Part shown: in pieces, positions 1 to 8,646 of the stretch
Numbering within the stretch: position 1 is the first letter of the stretch
Layout of the letters: each line of letters starts with the position of its first letter
Assembly: GCA_021799635.1 (NCBI GenBank)
Contig: JAJZAB010000001.1
Span: 158,505-222,504 of the forward strand
Source: Candidatus Micrarchaeota archaeon
Lineage (GTDB): Archaea; Micrarchaeota; Micrarchaeia; Micrarchaeales; Micrarchaeaceae
Direction of reading: 5' to 3'
DNA length: 64,000 nucleotides
The notes under the pieces: model-generated
Seen by the model: the letters and a program-made list of their open reading frames with translations, nothing else
Told to the model about the DNA's origin: nothing
Database searches by the model: none
Translations under genes and position numbers: made by a program

Positions 1-399
1 CCTTCGCAGTCATCTGGTAATGGCCTCAGGATGTATGAAAGTTTAACAAACAACGTTGGTACTGGAACAGGCACATATGGATGGGGATGGCAAGGCGGAA
101 ACCAGTATTTGTTTTATGGTGGCACGGCGCTTATAAGCGAAGCAGTAGCTTCATTCCCAACAGATGTGTGGAGTTTTGTATGGAGCACCACAGGCAGTGA
201 ATCAGGGTCGCTGGCTTACGGAAGCACATTAAGCAGAACTGATACCGCTGCAACAATTGCAAACTATTATTTGGTTGTTGGACTATTCTATGCCGTAGGT
301 CAAGGAACAGTAAATATGCAATGGCTCCGCACCCGTGCCTACCCGCCCAACGGCGTGATGCCGACCATTGCTTTTGGGTCAGTTCAGCAATTTATTTGA
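1..399 (+). CDS. 3' end of a larger ORF entering from the window edge; probable secreted/surface protein (LamG/DUF2341-like C-terminus)
   Basis: Frame 1 is open from nt 1 to TGA at 397-399, so the listed Met31 is internal. G/T/S/W/Y-rich beta-type sequence ending ...MQWLRTRAYPPNGVMP..., reminiscent of archaeal LamG-type surface proteins (from memory, not searched). Confidence 0.4.
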   Translation, partial: PSQSSGNGLRMYESLTNNVGTGTGTYGWGWQGGNQYLFYGGTALISEAVASFPTDVWSFVWSTTGSESGSLAYGSTLSRTDTAATIANYYLVVGLFYAVGQGTVNMQWLRTRAYPPNGVMPTIAFGSVQQFI

Positions 400-495
400 T
401 CAAGCGCTTCTGGCTTTGGCACTGCCATGGTAAATTGCGTACACATATACTTTTATATGTGTTAAAAAACATATTAGCACTGAAGAGGTGTTCCG

Positions 496-1380
496 TTGCC
501 TGATAAAAATTTTGATAAGTTAAGGGAAAAAATGCTAAGCGAGGCCAGGGAGGGGATAAAAAGCTCATATAGCAGTGAGGAATACTCGTTGATACAGGCC
601 ATAAACGCATACATGGAGACCAGCAAATCGTACAATCTCGGCTTTGAGAGACTAAGCGAGTGGTACGGCATATACTTCCCTGAAGTTAGAATATCAAACC
701 CAAAAACGCTTGCAAGCCTCTCCGCAGAACTTGGGAACGGCCAAAAACCAACTTTGGAGGCGGTGGAGAAGGCCGTGAATGATGCAGAGGCTGCAAGGAA
801 GATATATGATAAAATGAATGGGAGCATGGGCAGGGGTATGAACGGGGAGGAAGCAAAAGCTATAGCGCGGTTTGCAGAACTGAATAATCAGATAGCATTG
901 CTTATGGACGAGCTTGACGGGTATATAAAAGCTGCTGCCGGAAGGCTACTGCCAAACACAACTTACCTTACTGACCATAAGACTGCAGCCGAACTGCTGA
1001 GCAGGGCAGGCTCCATGGAAAGGCTGGCGACCATGCCTGCCGGAACCATACAGCTCCTCGGGGCTGAGAAAGCGCTGTTCAAGCACATTAAGTTCGGTAG
1101 CAGGCCACCGAAATACGGCATCCTATTCAAGCTCCCTGAGGTTGGTACCGCGCAGAGAGAGATACGCGGCAAGATAGCCAGGGCGTATGCTACCAAAATA
1201 TGCATTGCGCTGAAAGCTGACTACTTTTCCAAGAATTTCATAGCCGAGAAGCTGAAAAGCGATTTGGAGCTTGGTATAAAAAGGATAAAGGAGAAACCAA
1301 TAGTGCCGAAAAAGGAGCAGCCGCAGGAAAGGAGGCTTGGGGGCCATGGTTTCCGCAGGAACCGCAGGCCCAGAAGGTAA
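496..1380 (+). CDS. nop5: Nop5 (Nop56/58) box C/D sRNP core protein, short form without the usual N-terminal domain
   Basis: Nop-domain motifs LLGAEKALFKHIKFGSRPPKYGILF and GKIARAYATKICIA, preceded by a coiled-coil segment. Basic tail RRNRRPRR. TTG start at 496; first in-frame ATG at 532. Confidence 0.8.
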   Translation: MPDKNFDKLREKMLSEAREGIKSSYSSEEYSLIQAINAYMETSKSYNLGFERLSEWYGIYFPEVRISNPKTLASLSAELGNGQKPTLEAVEKAVNDAEAARKIYDKMNGSMGRGMNGEEAKAIARFAELNNQIALLMDELDGYIKAAAGRLLPNTTYLTDHKTAAELLSRAGSMERLATMPAGTIQLLGAEKALFKHIKFGSRPPKYGILFKLPEVGTAQREIRGKIARAYATKICIALKADYFSKNFIAEKLKSDLELGIKRIKEKPIVPKKEQPQERRLGGHGFRRNRRPRR

Positions 1381-1385
1381 AAAAG

Positions 1386-1631
1386 TTATTGCTTGGGCTG
1401 TAACTCTTCCTCTAACATTGTAAGCTTTTTGCTCGCAACCATCCTTACGAAAGGGTCCTTGTCCTTTCTTACTATCCTCTCCAGAACCTCAACGCTGTCT
1501 ATCCTCCTTATCGCAGCCGTCCTTACGCTAAAATCCGGGTTGTTCAGTGCAATCTGGGCCAGCGTGCGCTTGTTATCTATCCTCCTTATGACATCCTCGG
1601 CAGTGTATTTAGTTGCAGTATTTTCGGCCAT
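1386..1631 (-). CDS. small HEAT/PBS-lyase-like repeat protein
   Basis: 81 aa with two repeats of type D(P)xVRxxAxxxL (DFSVRTAAIRRI, DPFVRMVASKKL). The opposite-strand ORF 1393..1698 looks like a shadow. Confidence 0.5.
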   Translation of the reverse strand: MAENTATKYTAEDVIRRIDNKRTLAQIALNNPDFSVRTAAIRRIDSVEVLERIVRKDKDPFVRMVASKKLTMLEEELQPKQ

Positions 1632-1721
1632 AGTGCACCACTTTTCCAGGTTTTGTTTCTTGTATAGTTATATAAAACAATCAAATATAAATATTTAATA
1701 AGGAAGAATAGTTTTGATTGT

Positions 1722-2657
1722 ATGCAGCAGAGCAAGAAGCTGACCCGCATAGAGGAAAAAATGGTAAAGGAGCTTATCAGAGGTGTGGAATACAGGTCTA
1801 GGCTCTCCGATGCGCTTCTGGATAAATCCACGATGGATGAAATACTGGAAAGTAGAAGTGCGGTGCTAACTCCGGATCAACGAAGGCTATTTTCCGAACA
1901 TTCTAAGCGATTGGATAAGATTATAGGCGATATCTCGGGTTTCATAAGCTCAGAATCTAGCGAATATGCAAAGGCGTCCCTGACCAGCCCTGAGGAGTTC
2001 ATCTCTAATTTTAAATCTATGCGCGCGCAGAGTCAGGAGGACCTGGAAAGGCTGAATGGGCTGTCTGTCGATGCCAGAGTAGATCCATGGTCAAGAGGCA
2101 AGCTAAACAATATTATAAAGACGATGAACGACATCAAGATAAATAGATTGGTAAAAATAGCTGGAGACAGTGATAATCCAGAGGAGCTGAGGAGATCGGT
2201 GTTGCTTTTTTTGGCAAATGGCGAGAAGGATGAAAGGAGCCAGTTGATTAGTATATACAATTCTGGCGAGGACTCTGCTAGTGTAAAGGAATTGCTGAAC
2301 AACCTTATACGTGCATCGCTTAAGGCGGAATTAAGCTACGTGGAATTTGCATCTGCGGATCCCGGCCTTTCAAAATATACAAAATATCTTATGCAGGATA
2401 GGGCCTACGAGCTCAGACAGGCATTGCCGGTAGAGAAAGAACATGAAGATGGGGAGGTTAATGTTATAGCGAAGCTGAAGGAGGCGCTGAAGCCATCAAC
2501 AAGCAAAGAGGACAGGGAACGCACCATACTTAACCTTCTGACTTTGGCTGTAAAAAATAATGGTAAGATCGAAGGCTTGATTATACCTATTCAATTTATT
2601 CCAAACGGGGATGAAAATGTTTTGGGCATTAGGGATTTTATCAGAAAGGAGAATTGA
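1722..2657 (+). CDS. hypothetical protein, alpha-helical, no recognisable family
   Basis: 311-aa ATG ORF with no long competing ORF. Charged, helix-rich composition. Confidence 0.5.
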   Translation: MQQSKKLTRIEEKMVKELIRGVEYRSRLSDALLDKSTMDEILESRSAVLTPDQRRLFSEHSKRLDKIIGDISGFISSESSEYAKASLTSPEEFISNFKSMRAQSQEDLERLNGLSVDARVDPWSRGKLNNIIKTMNDIKINRLVKIAGDSDNPEELRRSVLLFLANGEKDERSQLISIYNSGEDSASVKELLNNLIRASLKAELSYVEFASADPGLSKYTKYLMQDRAYELRQALPVEKEHEDGEVNVIAKLKEALKPSTSKEDRERTILNLLTLAVKNNGKIEGLIIPIQFIPNGDENVLGIRDFIRKEN

Positions 2658-2723
2658 GCCAAATATGCCAAAATTTTGGCAAATTCAGGTATGACAAAAT
2701 TTGAAACAAGGTAAATCCCGGAA

Positions 2724-2740
2724 CAGAAAATATTTAAATA
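2724..2740 (+). promoter_or_regulatory. putative BRE/TATA promoter of the radical SAM gene
   Basis: Purine-rich cagaaaa followed by TTTAAATA (2733-2740), about 35 nt upstream of ATG 2775. AGGTGA Shine-Dalgarno at 2763-2768. Confidence 0.35.
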
Positions 2741-2774
2741 CTTTCGAAAAGCCATAGATAACAGGTGAATTTGT

Positions 2775-4799
2775 ATGCCAAATCAGGGTAATCCTGGAGC
2801 ACCGAAGCCGGTTGAGGTAGAGGTGCAGATAGATCAGAATATTGTGAGTAATATTAACAATAAAAAGCCGGAAGCAAAAGCTGGGGACGCAAGCAAGGAT
2901 TCTACTGACCCTGTTCTAGCCGTTTACCACAGGTCCATGGAAGAGATAGAGCGCATGCCGGTAATAGACAAGACTATGACAGTGTGCCCTGAGTGCAAAT
3001 TGATAATCAACGGCACCATCTACAAGGATGGGGAAAACGTTATGATCAGGAAGTATTGCCCAGAGCACAACTGGACAGTAGAGAAGTACTGGGAAGACTA
3101 CGACATGTACATGAAGATGAAAAGATACAATTATTACGGCAGGGGCTTTGACAATCCAAACTACATAAGCGATACAAAAGGTGCAAACTGCCCATTCGAC
3201 TGCGGAATGTGCGAGAGGCACAAGTCGCATACAGGCCTGGCGAATGTAGTAGTTACAAACAGGTGCCACCTTAGCTGCTGGTACTGCTTCTTCTACGCCA
3301 AGGAAGGGGAAGCCATATATGAACCAAGCGTGGCTGAGCTTTACAAGATATTCAGAAACCTTAGGAACCAGAAACCCATACCTGCCAACGCCTTGCAGAT
3401 AACTGGCGGGGAGCCTACAATGCATCCAAAGATAGTTGAGATAGTGCAGAAGGCAAAGGAGGCCGGCTTTGACCAGATACAGCTAAATACAACAGGAATA
3501 AACCTTGGGCTTAATCCTGACATGGCAATAAAACTAAGGCACGCTGGCGTAAGCACGCTGTACATGAGTTTTGACGGGGTAAGCGCCAGAGCTAATCCGA
3601 AAAATCACTGGGAGGCGCCGCTTGCTCTGGAAGCAGCTAGGAAGGCAAACATAGGAATAGTCCTAGTGCCTACGGTCATAAGGACCATAAACGACCATGA
3701 GCTCGGGGCTATGATAAATTTTGCACTGAACAATTCTGACATCGTTAGGGCTATAAACTTCCAGCCTGTATCTCTGGTTGGCAGGATGCCTTCTAGGTTG
3801 AGGGAAAAGCAGAGGATAACCATACCCGGAGCCATAAAGCTCATAGAGCAGCAGACAAACGGAGTCATAGGAAAGGACGCGTGGTTCTCTGTGCCTTACG
3901 TTGGTGGCATAAACAAATTCATAGAGGCGCTGACAGGAGAATACAAGTACGACCTCTCTATCCACTTCGCGTGTGGAGCTGGTAGCTATCTCTTCATAGA
4001 TAGCGACAATAAGATAATACCGCTCACGAAATTTGTTGACGCTCCGGGGCTTCTGGAGCATCTGCAGAGGGCAGTGGACGAGATGGGAGGGAAAAGCAGG
4101 ATTGAAAGGAGGCTTATAGCCCTCAAGGCCCTCGTTGGTCTCAATAGGTACATTGACAAGCAGAACCAGCCGAAATCCGTAAACTTCTCAAAGCTCCTGC
4201 TGTCAATACTGCTGAAGCACAACTTCCAGTCTATGGGCAACCTGCAGATGAAAAGCATATTCATAGGAATGATGCACTTCCAGGACGAATACACGTATGA
4301 CATACACAGAGTTGAGAAGTGTGACATACACTACGCACAGCCCAACGGTGAGGTGCTTCCGTTCTGCTCGTTCAATGTTTTCCCGGAGATGTACAGGGAC
4401 AAGATACAGAGGCAGTACAGCATACCTGCCACTGAATGGGAGAATACTCACCCAGGATGGACATATCCGACAGACAAGTATGTCAGGAACATAAAGGAGC
4501 TTGAAGCAAGCAAGGAGTACATAAAGACCTACTGCAACATGACGGACTACTTTGCGCTCCCTGCAAATGGAGGTGTAGGAGTATACAATTTTGCAAATGA
4601 AAAGCCAAAGGTAGCGATATCTATGGAGGCTAACTCCGGCAGGACTCAGACAGTTGTTAGTCAGGTTAAGGCCGCTGCTGCAGAAAAGCCGGCAGATAAG
4701 AGCGATGACAGTTCGTGCGAGTGCGGAGGGAGCTGCGAATGTGGAGAAAAGGAAGGTGAGGGAGGAGGATGCGGCTGCGGCGGATCTTGCAATTGCTGA
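2775..4799 (+). CDS. radical SAM enzyme, COG1964 / tetraether lipid synthase (Tes, GDGT-MAS)-like, with Cys-rich C-terminal tail
   Basis: N-terminal zinc-ribbon CPEC...CPEH. Auxiliary cluster motif CPFDCGMCERH. Radical SAM motif CHLSCWYC. SAM-binding ITGGEPT. C-terminal MHFQDEYTYD...CDIHYAQPNGEVLPFCSFN. Tail CECGGSCECGEKEGEGGGCGCGGSCNC. Confidence 0.7.
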   Translation: MPNQGNPGAPKPVEVEVQIDQNIVSNINNKKPEAKAGDASKDSTDPVLAVYHRSMEEIERMPVIDKTMTVCPECKLIINGTIYKDGENVMIRKYCPEHNWTVEKYWEDYDMYMKMKRYNYYGRGFDNPNYISDTKGANCPFDCGMCERHKSHTGLANVVVTNRCHLSCWYCFFYAKEGEAIYEPSVAELYKIFRNLRNQKPIPANALQITGGEPTMHPKIVEIVQKAKEAGFDQIQLNTTGINLGLNPDMAIKLRHAGVSTLYMSFDGVSARANPKNHWEAPLALEAARKANIGIVLVPTVIRTINDHELGAMINFALNNSDIVRAINFQPVSLVGRMPSRLREKQRITIPGAIKLIEQQTNGVIGKDAWFSVPYVGGINKFIEALTGEYKYDLSIHFACGAGSYLFIDSDNKIIPLTKFVDAPGLLEHLQRAVDEMGGKSRIERRLIALKALVGLNRYIDKQNQPKSVNFSKLLLSILLKHNFQSMGNLQMKSIFIGMMHFQDEYTYDIHRVEKCDIHYAQPNGEVLPFCSFNVFPEMYRDKIQRQYSIPATEWENTHPGWTYPTDKYVRNIKELEASKEYIKTYCNMTDYFALPANGGVGVYNFANEKPKVAISMEANSGRTQTVVSQVKAAAAEKPADKSDDSSCECGGSCECGEKEGEGGGCGCGGSCNC

Positions 4800-4833
4800 G
4801 ATGCACAGCTTAGACTATAGATAGGTTTTACTC

Positions 4834-5538
4834 ATGGACCGCAGGCAAGAAACGGAGCACGGGAGCAAGTATATGCAGGACCTTGAGAGGGAAAAGACCC
4901 TTGGCAAGGTTGTGGACGACTGGATTACTGATGAAGAAGGCAACAAGTACAGGATGCCATACAAGATAATAAAAATGGTCGTATTTTCCAACATAAGCAA
5001 GAAAGACATGATAGACACGCAACACGCCGCTAGGCTGCAGTACAGGCTTTCTCTTCTTGAATCTGTGGTAAAGGCAACGGTAAATTATGCAAAATCAAAG
5101 ATTGTTATAATCTACAACCCAACCGGTGCCATTAACAGGAGGGAGCAGATCAGCCAGCAGGGATTGATAGACTATCTGGCTAGCGAAGGGGTGCATGTAG
5201 ACGCCTCGCAGATAGAGGAAAGAGATTATGATTACTTAAAGGAGTTTTATTCGTATGCCTACTTCTCCCCATCAATAAGGGAGCACCCACCTTACGGATA
5301 TACTAATGATGAATGGAAGCACATGAGGGATGAATACTACAAGAAAAGCAAGGAATGGGATGCCCAGAAGCTTGATAAATTCCACAAGTGGCAGGAGGAA
5401 TACATGGAGAGCTTGAAGTCCCAGGAGCACGGCGACACAAAGGTAGGTAAAAGGAGTGTTGTCGACAAGATACTTGGAAGAAACAACAGTCCGAAGGGCA
5501 AGAAGGACGAGAAAGGTTTCTGGTTTCACGGCGTCTAG
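4834..5538 (+). CDS. hypothetical protein with HMA (ferredoxin-fold)-like core lacking the CxxC metal site
   Basis: 234 aa. The segment IIKMVVFSNISKKDMIDTQHAARLQYRLSLLESVVKATVNYAKSKIVIIYNP...LIDYLASEGVHV follows the beta-alpha-beta-beta-alpha-beta HMA pattern but has no cysteines. K/E/W-rich C-terminus. Confidence 0.45.
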   Translation: MDRRQETEHGSKYMQDLEREKTLGKVVDDWITDEEGNKYRMPYKIIKMVVFSNISKKDMIDTQHAARLQYRLSLLESVVKATVNYAKSKIVIIYNPTGAINRREQISQQGLIDYLASEGVHVDASQIEERDYDYLKEFYSYAYFSPSIREHPPYGYTNDEWKHMRDEYYKKSKEWDAQKLDKFHKWQEEYMESLKSQEHGDTKVGKRSVVDKILGRNNSPKGKKDEKGFWFHGV

Positions 5539-7166
5539 AGACTTACAAATTCTCCTGCTATGACAGGTTCCTCTATCTTAAAGTTTGAAAGCACTCTTGG
5601 ATGAATTTCGCCAAAAACGGCTATTTCTGCACCATTTGCAACCGCCTTGGCGCACCTCCCCTCAATGAATAATGCATCTGTGTGTTTCTCAATCGTCCAT
5701 CCCTTCCTGTGCATTAATATTGCCTCGATGGTGCTCTTGGCCTCTGAAAAATTGGCCTTCGAATGCGCACTTACAAAGGCAAGTCGATCCTGCTCTACAA
5801 CCTTGCCGTTTTCAACCTTGAAAACCTTGCCCACCTCAAAAATCTTCTGCGGCATCCTTTCCTTTGCTGATACCATAAGGTTAGTAAGGAGTGATGGGAT
5901 TATATCAGTACGCATCATTGTTATCGCTTCTGTTTTCGAGTTCATCAGGCTTATTACCTCGTCCTTTTTGTATTCCCTCGAAACATTTTCAAAATTCGTC
6001 CTTTCGTTTGTAAGGTACTGGTTCATCGCTTCGGTAAAGCCGAGTCCAACCATGGTCTTTGCTAACCTGTTGTGGTATTCCGAACTCGCATCCGGGGTGC
6101 CACCGCCGGCGCTCATTACCGGTAGTGGTTCTATGTTTAGGTAGCCAAAGCCCATCGCTATGTCCTCTATCAGATCCTGCTCGTTGAGCACGTCAACCCT
6201 ATATGGGGGTACGTATGCCAGTATGTAGTCCCCGTATTTTGCACCGAAGTATCCCATCTTGTTTGCGCAGCTTATCATTTCTGATTGGTCCAGCCTCGAG
6301 CCTATGGTCTTCCTTATCTTTGAATTCCTTATTCTAATTTCTCTTAAAGTTAGGTCGGGGGTTGTTTCCTCCTTTCCACCGTATATCATCCTGCAGCTGG
6401 AGACCGTTGCCCCTGAATCAATGAAAGAGCAGGCAAGTATCTTTAGAGTGTCTTCGACCGCCTTCTTTGATGTGCCATCAACAAATGCAAGCAGGTTCTT
6501 TGTGGATTCCGTAACTCTGGTATCTTCAGAATTAATTATAGGTATCATGGCAAGCACCTTCTTTTTATCCTCCAGGAAGGCGAATTTTGGGTCGCCACTG
6601 GCAGGGATTATGCTGGAATACTCTGCACCTTTGTCTGTACTTGCCATTACCTGATCGAACGACATATCCCTTTTTTCGCCGAGGGGCACAATCCTCTTGC
6701 TTCTGGAAGCCGCGTATAGAAGGTTGCTGCCTTCTACCATGTCAAGGTTGTGAATTCCTATCGCCATCTTTCTCCTCTTTCTGCCGTACGTTGACGCGAG
6801 CTTCTCTGTGAAGTTTATTAGGTTCTTGAGGGCATTTCCGGATAGGTCTGCATTATTTACTACCATGCACGCTGCGAAAGGCCTTACATCATGCACAGAT
6901 GGGTCAATCGTTACGCTTATGCCGCTTTCTTCTTTGATTCTGTATCCCTTTTCCCTTGGCTGGGTTTTCTTCGTGAAGTACCTGAGCTGGCGTACCATAC
7001 CTGTAAAGTCGAGAAGGTCTGGCCTGTTTGGTGTTATATCTATGGTGACGCTAGACTCGTCTATGGACTCTATTTCCATCCCAAATTCCGGCACTGCCGT
7101 TATAAGCCTCTGCTTTTCGATTCCCTTATCATAGAACTCCTTGAGTTCAAAAGTAACGGTTGCCAT
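5535..7166 (-). CDS. pheT: phenylalanyl-tRNA synthetase beta subunit (archaeal type)
   Basis: 543 aa with B3/4 and B5 domain-like sequence (ITPNRPDLL, RVDVLNEQDLIEDIA). Lies immediately downstream of pheS. Confidence 0.9.
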   Translation of the reverse strand: MATVTFELKEFYDKGIEKQRLITAVPEFGMEIESIDESSVTIDITPNRPDLLDFTGMVRQLRYFTKKTQPREKGYRIKEESGISVTIDPSVHDVRPFAACMVVNNADLSGNALKNLINFTEKLASTYGRKRRKMAIGIHNLDMVEGSNLLYAASRSKRIVPLGEKRDMSFDQVMASTDKGAEYSSIIPASGDPKFAFLEDKKKVLAMIPIINSEDTRVTESTKNLLAFVDGTSKKAVEDTLKILACSFIDSGATVSSCRMIYGGKEETTPDLTLREIRIRNSKIRKTIGSRLDQSEMISCANKMGYFGAKYGDYILAYVPPYRVDVLNEQDLIEDIAMGFGYLNIEPLPVMSAGGGTPDASSEYHNRLAKTMVGLGFTEAMNQYLTNERTNFENVSREYKKDEVISLMNSKTEAITMMRTDIIPSLLTNLMVSAKERMPQKIFEVGKVFKVENGKVVEQDRLAFVSAHSKANFSEAKSTIEAILMHRKGWTIEKHTDALFIEGRCAKAVANGAEIAVFGEIHPRVLSNFKIEEPVIAGEFVSL

Positions 7167-7170
7167 TCCA

Positions 7171-8646
7171 TCACAGCTTTAAATCGCCTCTCGTTCTAAG
7201 CCAGCCTACATCATTCTTGTATAGGTCTACTATCGAATCTATATCAAAGAAGTTGAACATTAGCCTGTCTATCCCGCCCCCCCAGGCAAGTATTGTTTTG
7301 CTGGTGCCAATTGCTTTTGATATTTCTTTCCTTATAACGCCTGCTCCTATGAGCTCGACGTTGTCATCGAGCTTATCATCATGATAGTAGACTTGTAGCC
7401 CAGGCTCAACGAATGGAAAATATGAGGGCATGAACTTTACATCTATGTGAAGCTTGCTGTAGAAAGATTTCATTATGCTCATAAGGTTTGCGAGAGTGAG
7501 ATTGCTTCCTATCACAATTCCATCTGTTTGATAGAATTCTGCTAGGTGCTTGTAGTCTATGCTCTCGTTCCTAAATGCTCTTCCTATGGAAAAAACTTTT
7601 ATAGGGTATTCGCTTGCCCTTTTATCCCTGAACGTTTTCATGTTCCTTGCCGAAACAGAAGTAAGATGAGTCCTTAACAGCGCTTGCTTTGCAAGGTCCG
7701 CCCTCCATACCTCCCCCCAGCCTTTCTGATGCATCTTCTTGACCCTGTTGAGTATTTCAAGATCCTCCACGTTCAGCTGTTTGGGATTCGAAAGAAAGAA
7801 GGTATCCTGCATGTCCCGCGTCGGGTGATCCTGGGGCGAAAAAAGGGCGTCAAAATTCCAAAATGCCGATTCTATTATGGGACCCGAAACCTCAGTAAAT
7901 CCCATGTTGAGCCAGATGCTCCTTACATAATCTATGAATTCGTGCAGCGGATGAAGTCTCGCAGGGTAGACCTTTTCGGCTGGGGCTTCTATAGCATAGG
8001 GCCTGAATTTTTTACCCTTCCATTTCATACCAGTTATGATGTCCCTGCTTAGCTGGTCAATCTCGGCTCCGTCATTTGATTCTAGAAGCTCCGCCCCCTT
8101 TTGTGTTATTGTTATGTGGGAGATGTTTGAGTGCCTCTTCAGTTCTATCATTTTCCTTTTTATCAGTATATCTATGTATGATCTCTGTGCATCCACTATG
8201 CGTTCAATATCCTCATTTTTGCCTTTGGATAGCTCTGACAGTATTTTGGACGCTTCATATTCCTCCTTGGCCTCTGCCGCAAGCGTGCCTTTCTTTGTGA
8301 TACCGACCTCGGCGCCTTCGATGTCCACCCACTTGTTTTTTTTGGCCCATATGAGACCTATGTTGTCGCCAATCTTTGATAGCTTCTCTTTTCCACCAGA
8401 TGCCGATAGGCTTTTAATCAATTTTTCCTCCGGAAATCCCTCCTCAAGAGCCGATTTGCCTTCATCCGTTATCTTTATCGAATAAACATTTTGTTTTGAT
8501 GTTTCCACAGCCCCTGATGCTGAAAGCTGCTCCGCTATCGATGCTATAGAATTCGGGCTTATCCCTAAAGACTTCTCAATCTCTTTTATTGTGGCGTGCT
8601 TATTTTTTGATAAGAAGCCTAACAGTTTTATCTCACTATCATTCAA
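7171..8646 (-). CDS. pheS: phenylalanyl-tRNA synthetase alpha subunit
   Basis: 491 aa. N-terminal winged-helix repeats, then a class II core (HPLHEFIDYVR, FSPQDHPTRDMQDTFF, FRNESIDYKHLAEFYQ, GAGVIRKE). Confidence 0.9.
   Translation of the reverse strand: MNDSEIKLLGFLSKNKHATIKEIEKSLGISPNSIASIAEQLSASGAVETSKQNVYSIKITDEGKSALEEGFPEEKLIKSLSASGGKEKLSKIGDNIGLIWAKKNKWVDIEGAEVGITKKGTLAAEAKEEYEASKILSELSKGKNEDIERIVDAQRSYIDILIKRKMIELKRHSNISHITITQKGAELLESNDGAEIDQLSRDIITGMKWKGKKFRPYAIEAPAEKVYPARLHPLHEFIDYVRSIWLNMGFTEVSGPIIESAFWNFDALFSPQDHPTRDMQDTFFLSNPKQLNVEDLEILNRVKKMHQKGWGEVWRADLAKQALLRTHLTSVSARNMKTFRDKRASEYPIKVFSIGRAFRNESIDYKHLAEFYQTDGIVIGSNLTLANLMSIMKSFYSKLHIDVKFMPSYFPFVEPGLQVYYHDDKLDDNVELIGAGVIRKEISKAIGTSKTILAWGGGIDRLMFNFFDIDSIVDLYKNDVGWLRTRGDLKL

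Noticed and set aside
4700-4799. The Cys/Gly-rich segment at the end of the radical SAM ORF, considered as a separate metallothionein-like mini-gene
   Set aside because: It is in frame and continuous with the enzyme, with no internal start or Shine-Dalgarno. It is treated as a C-terminal tail and reported as a finding instead.
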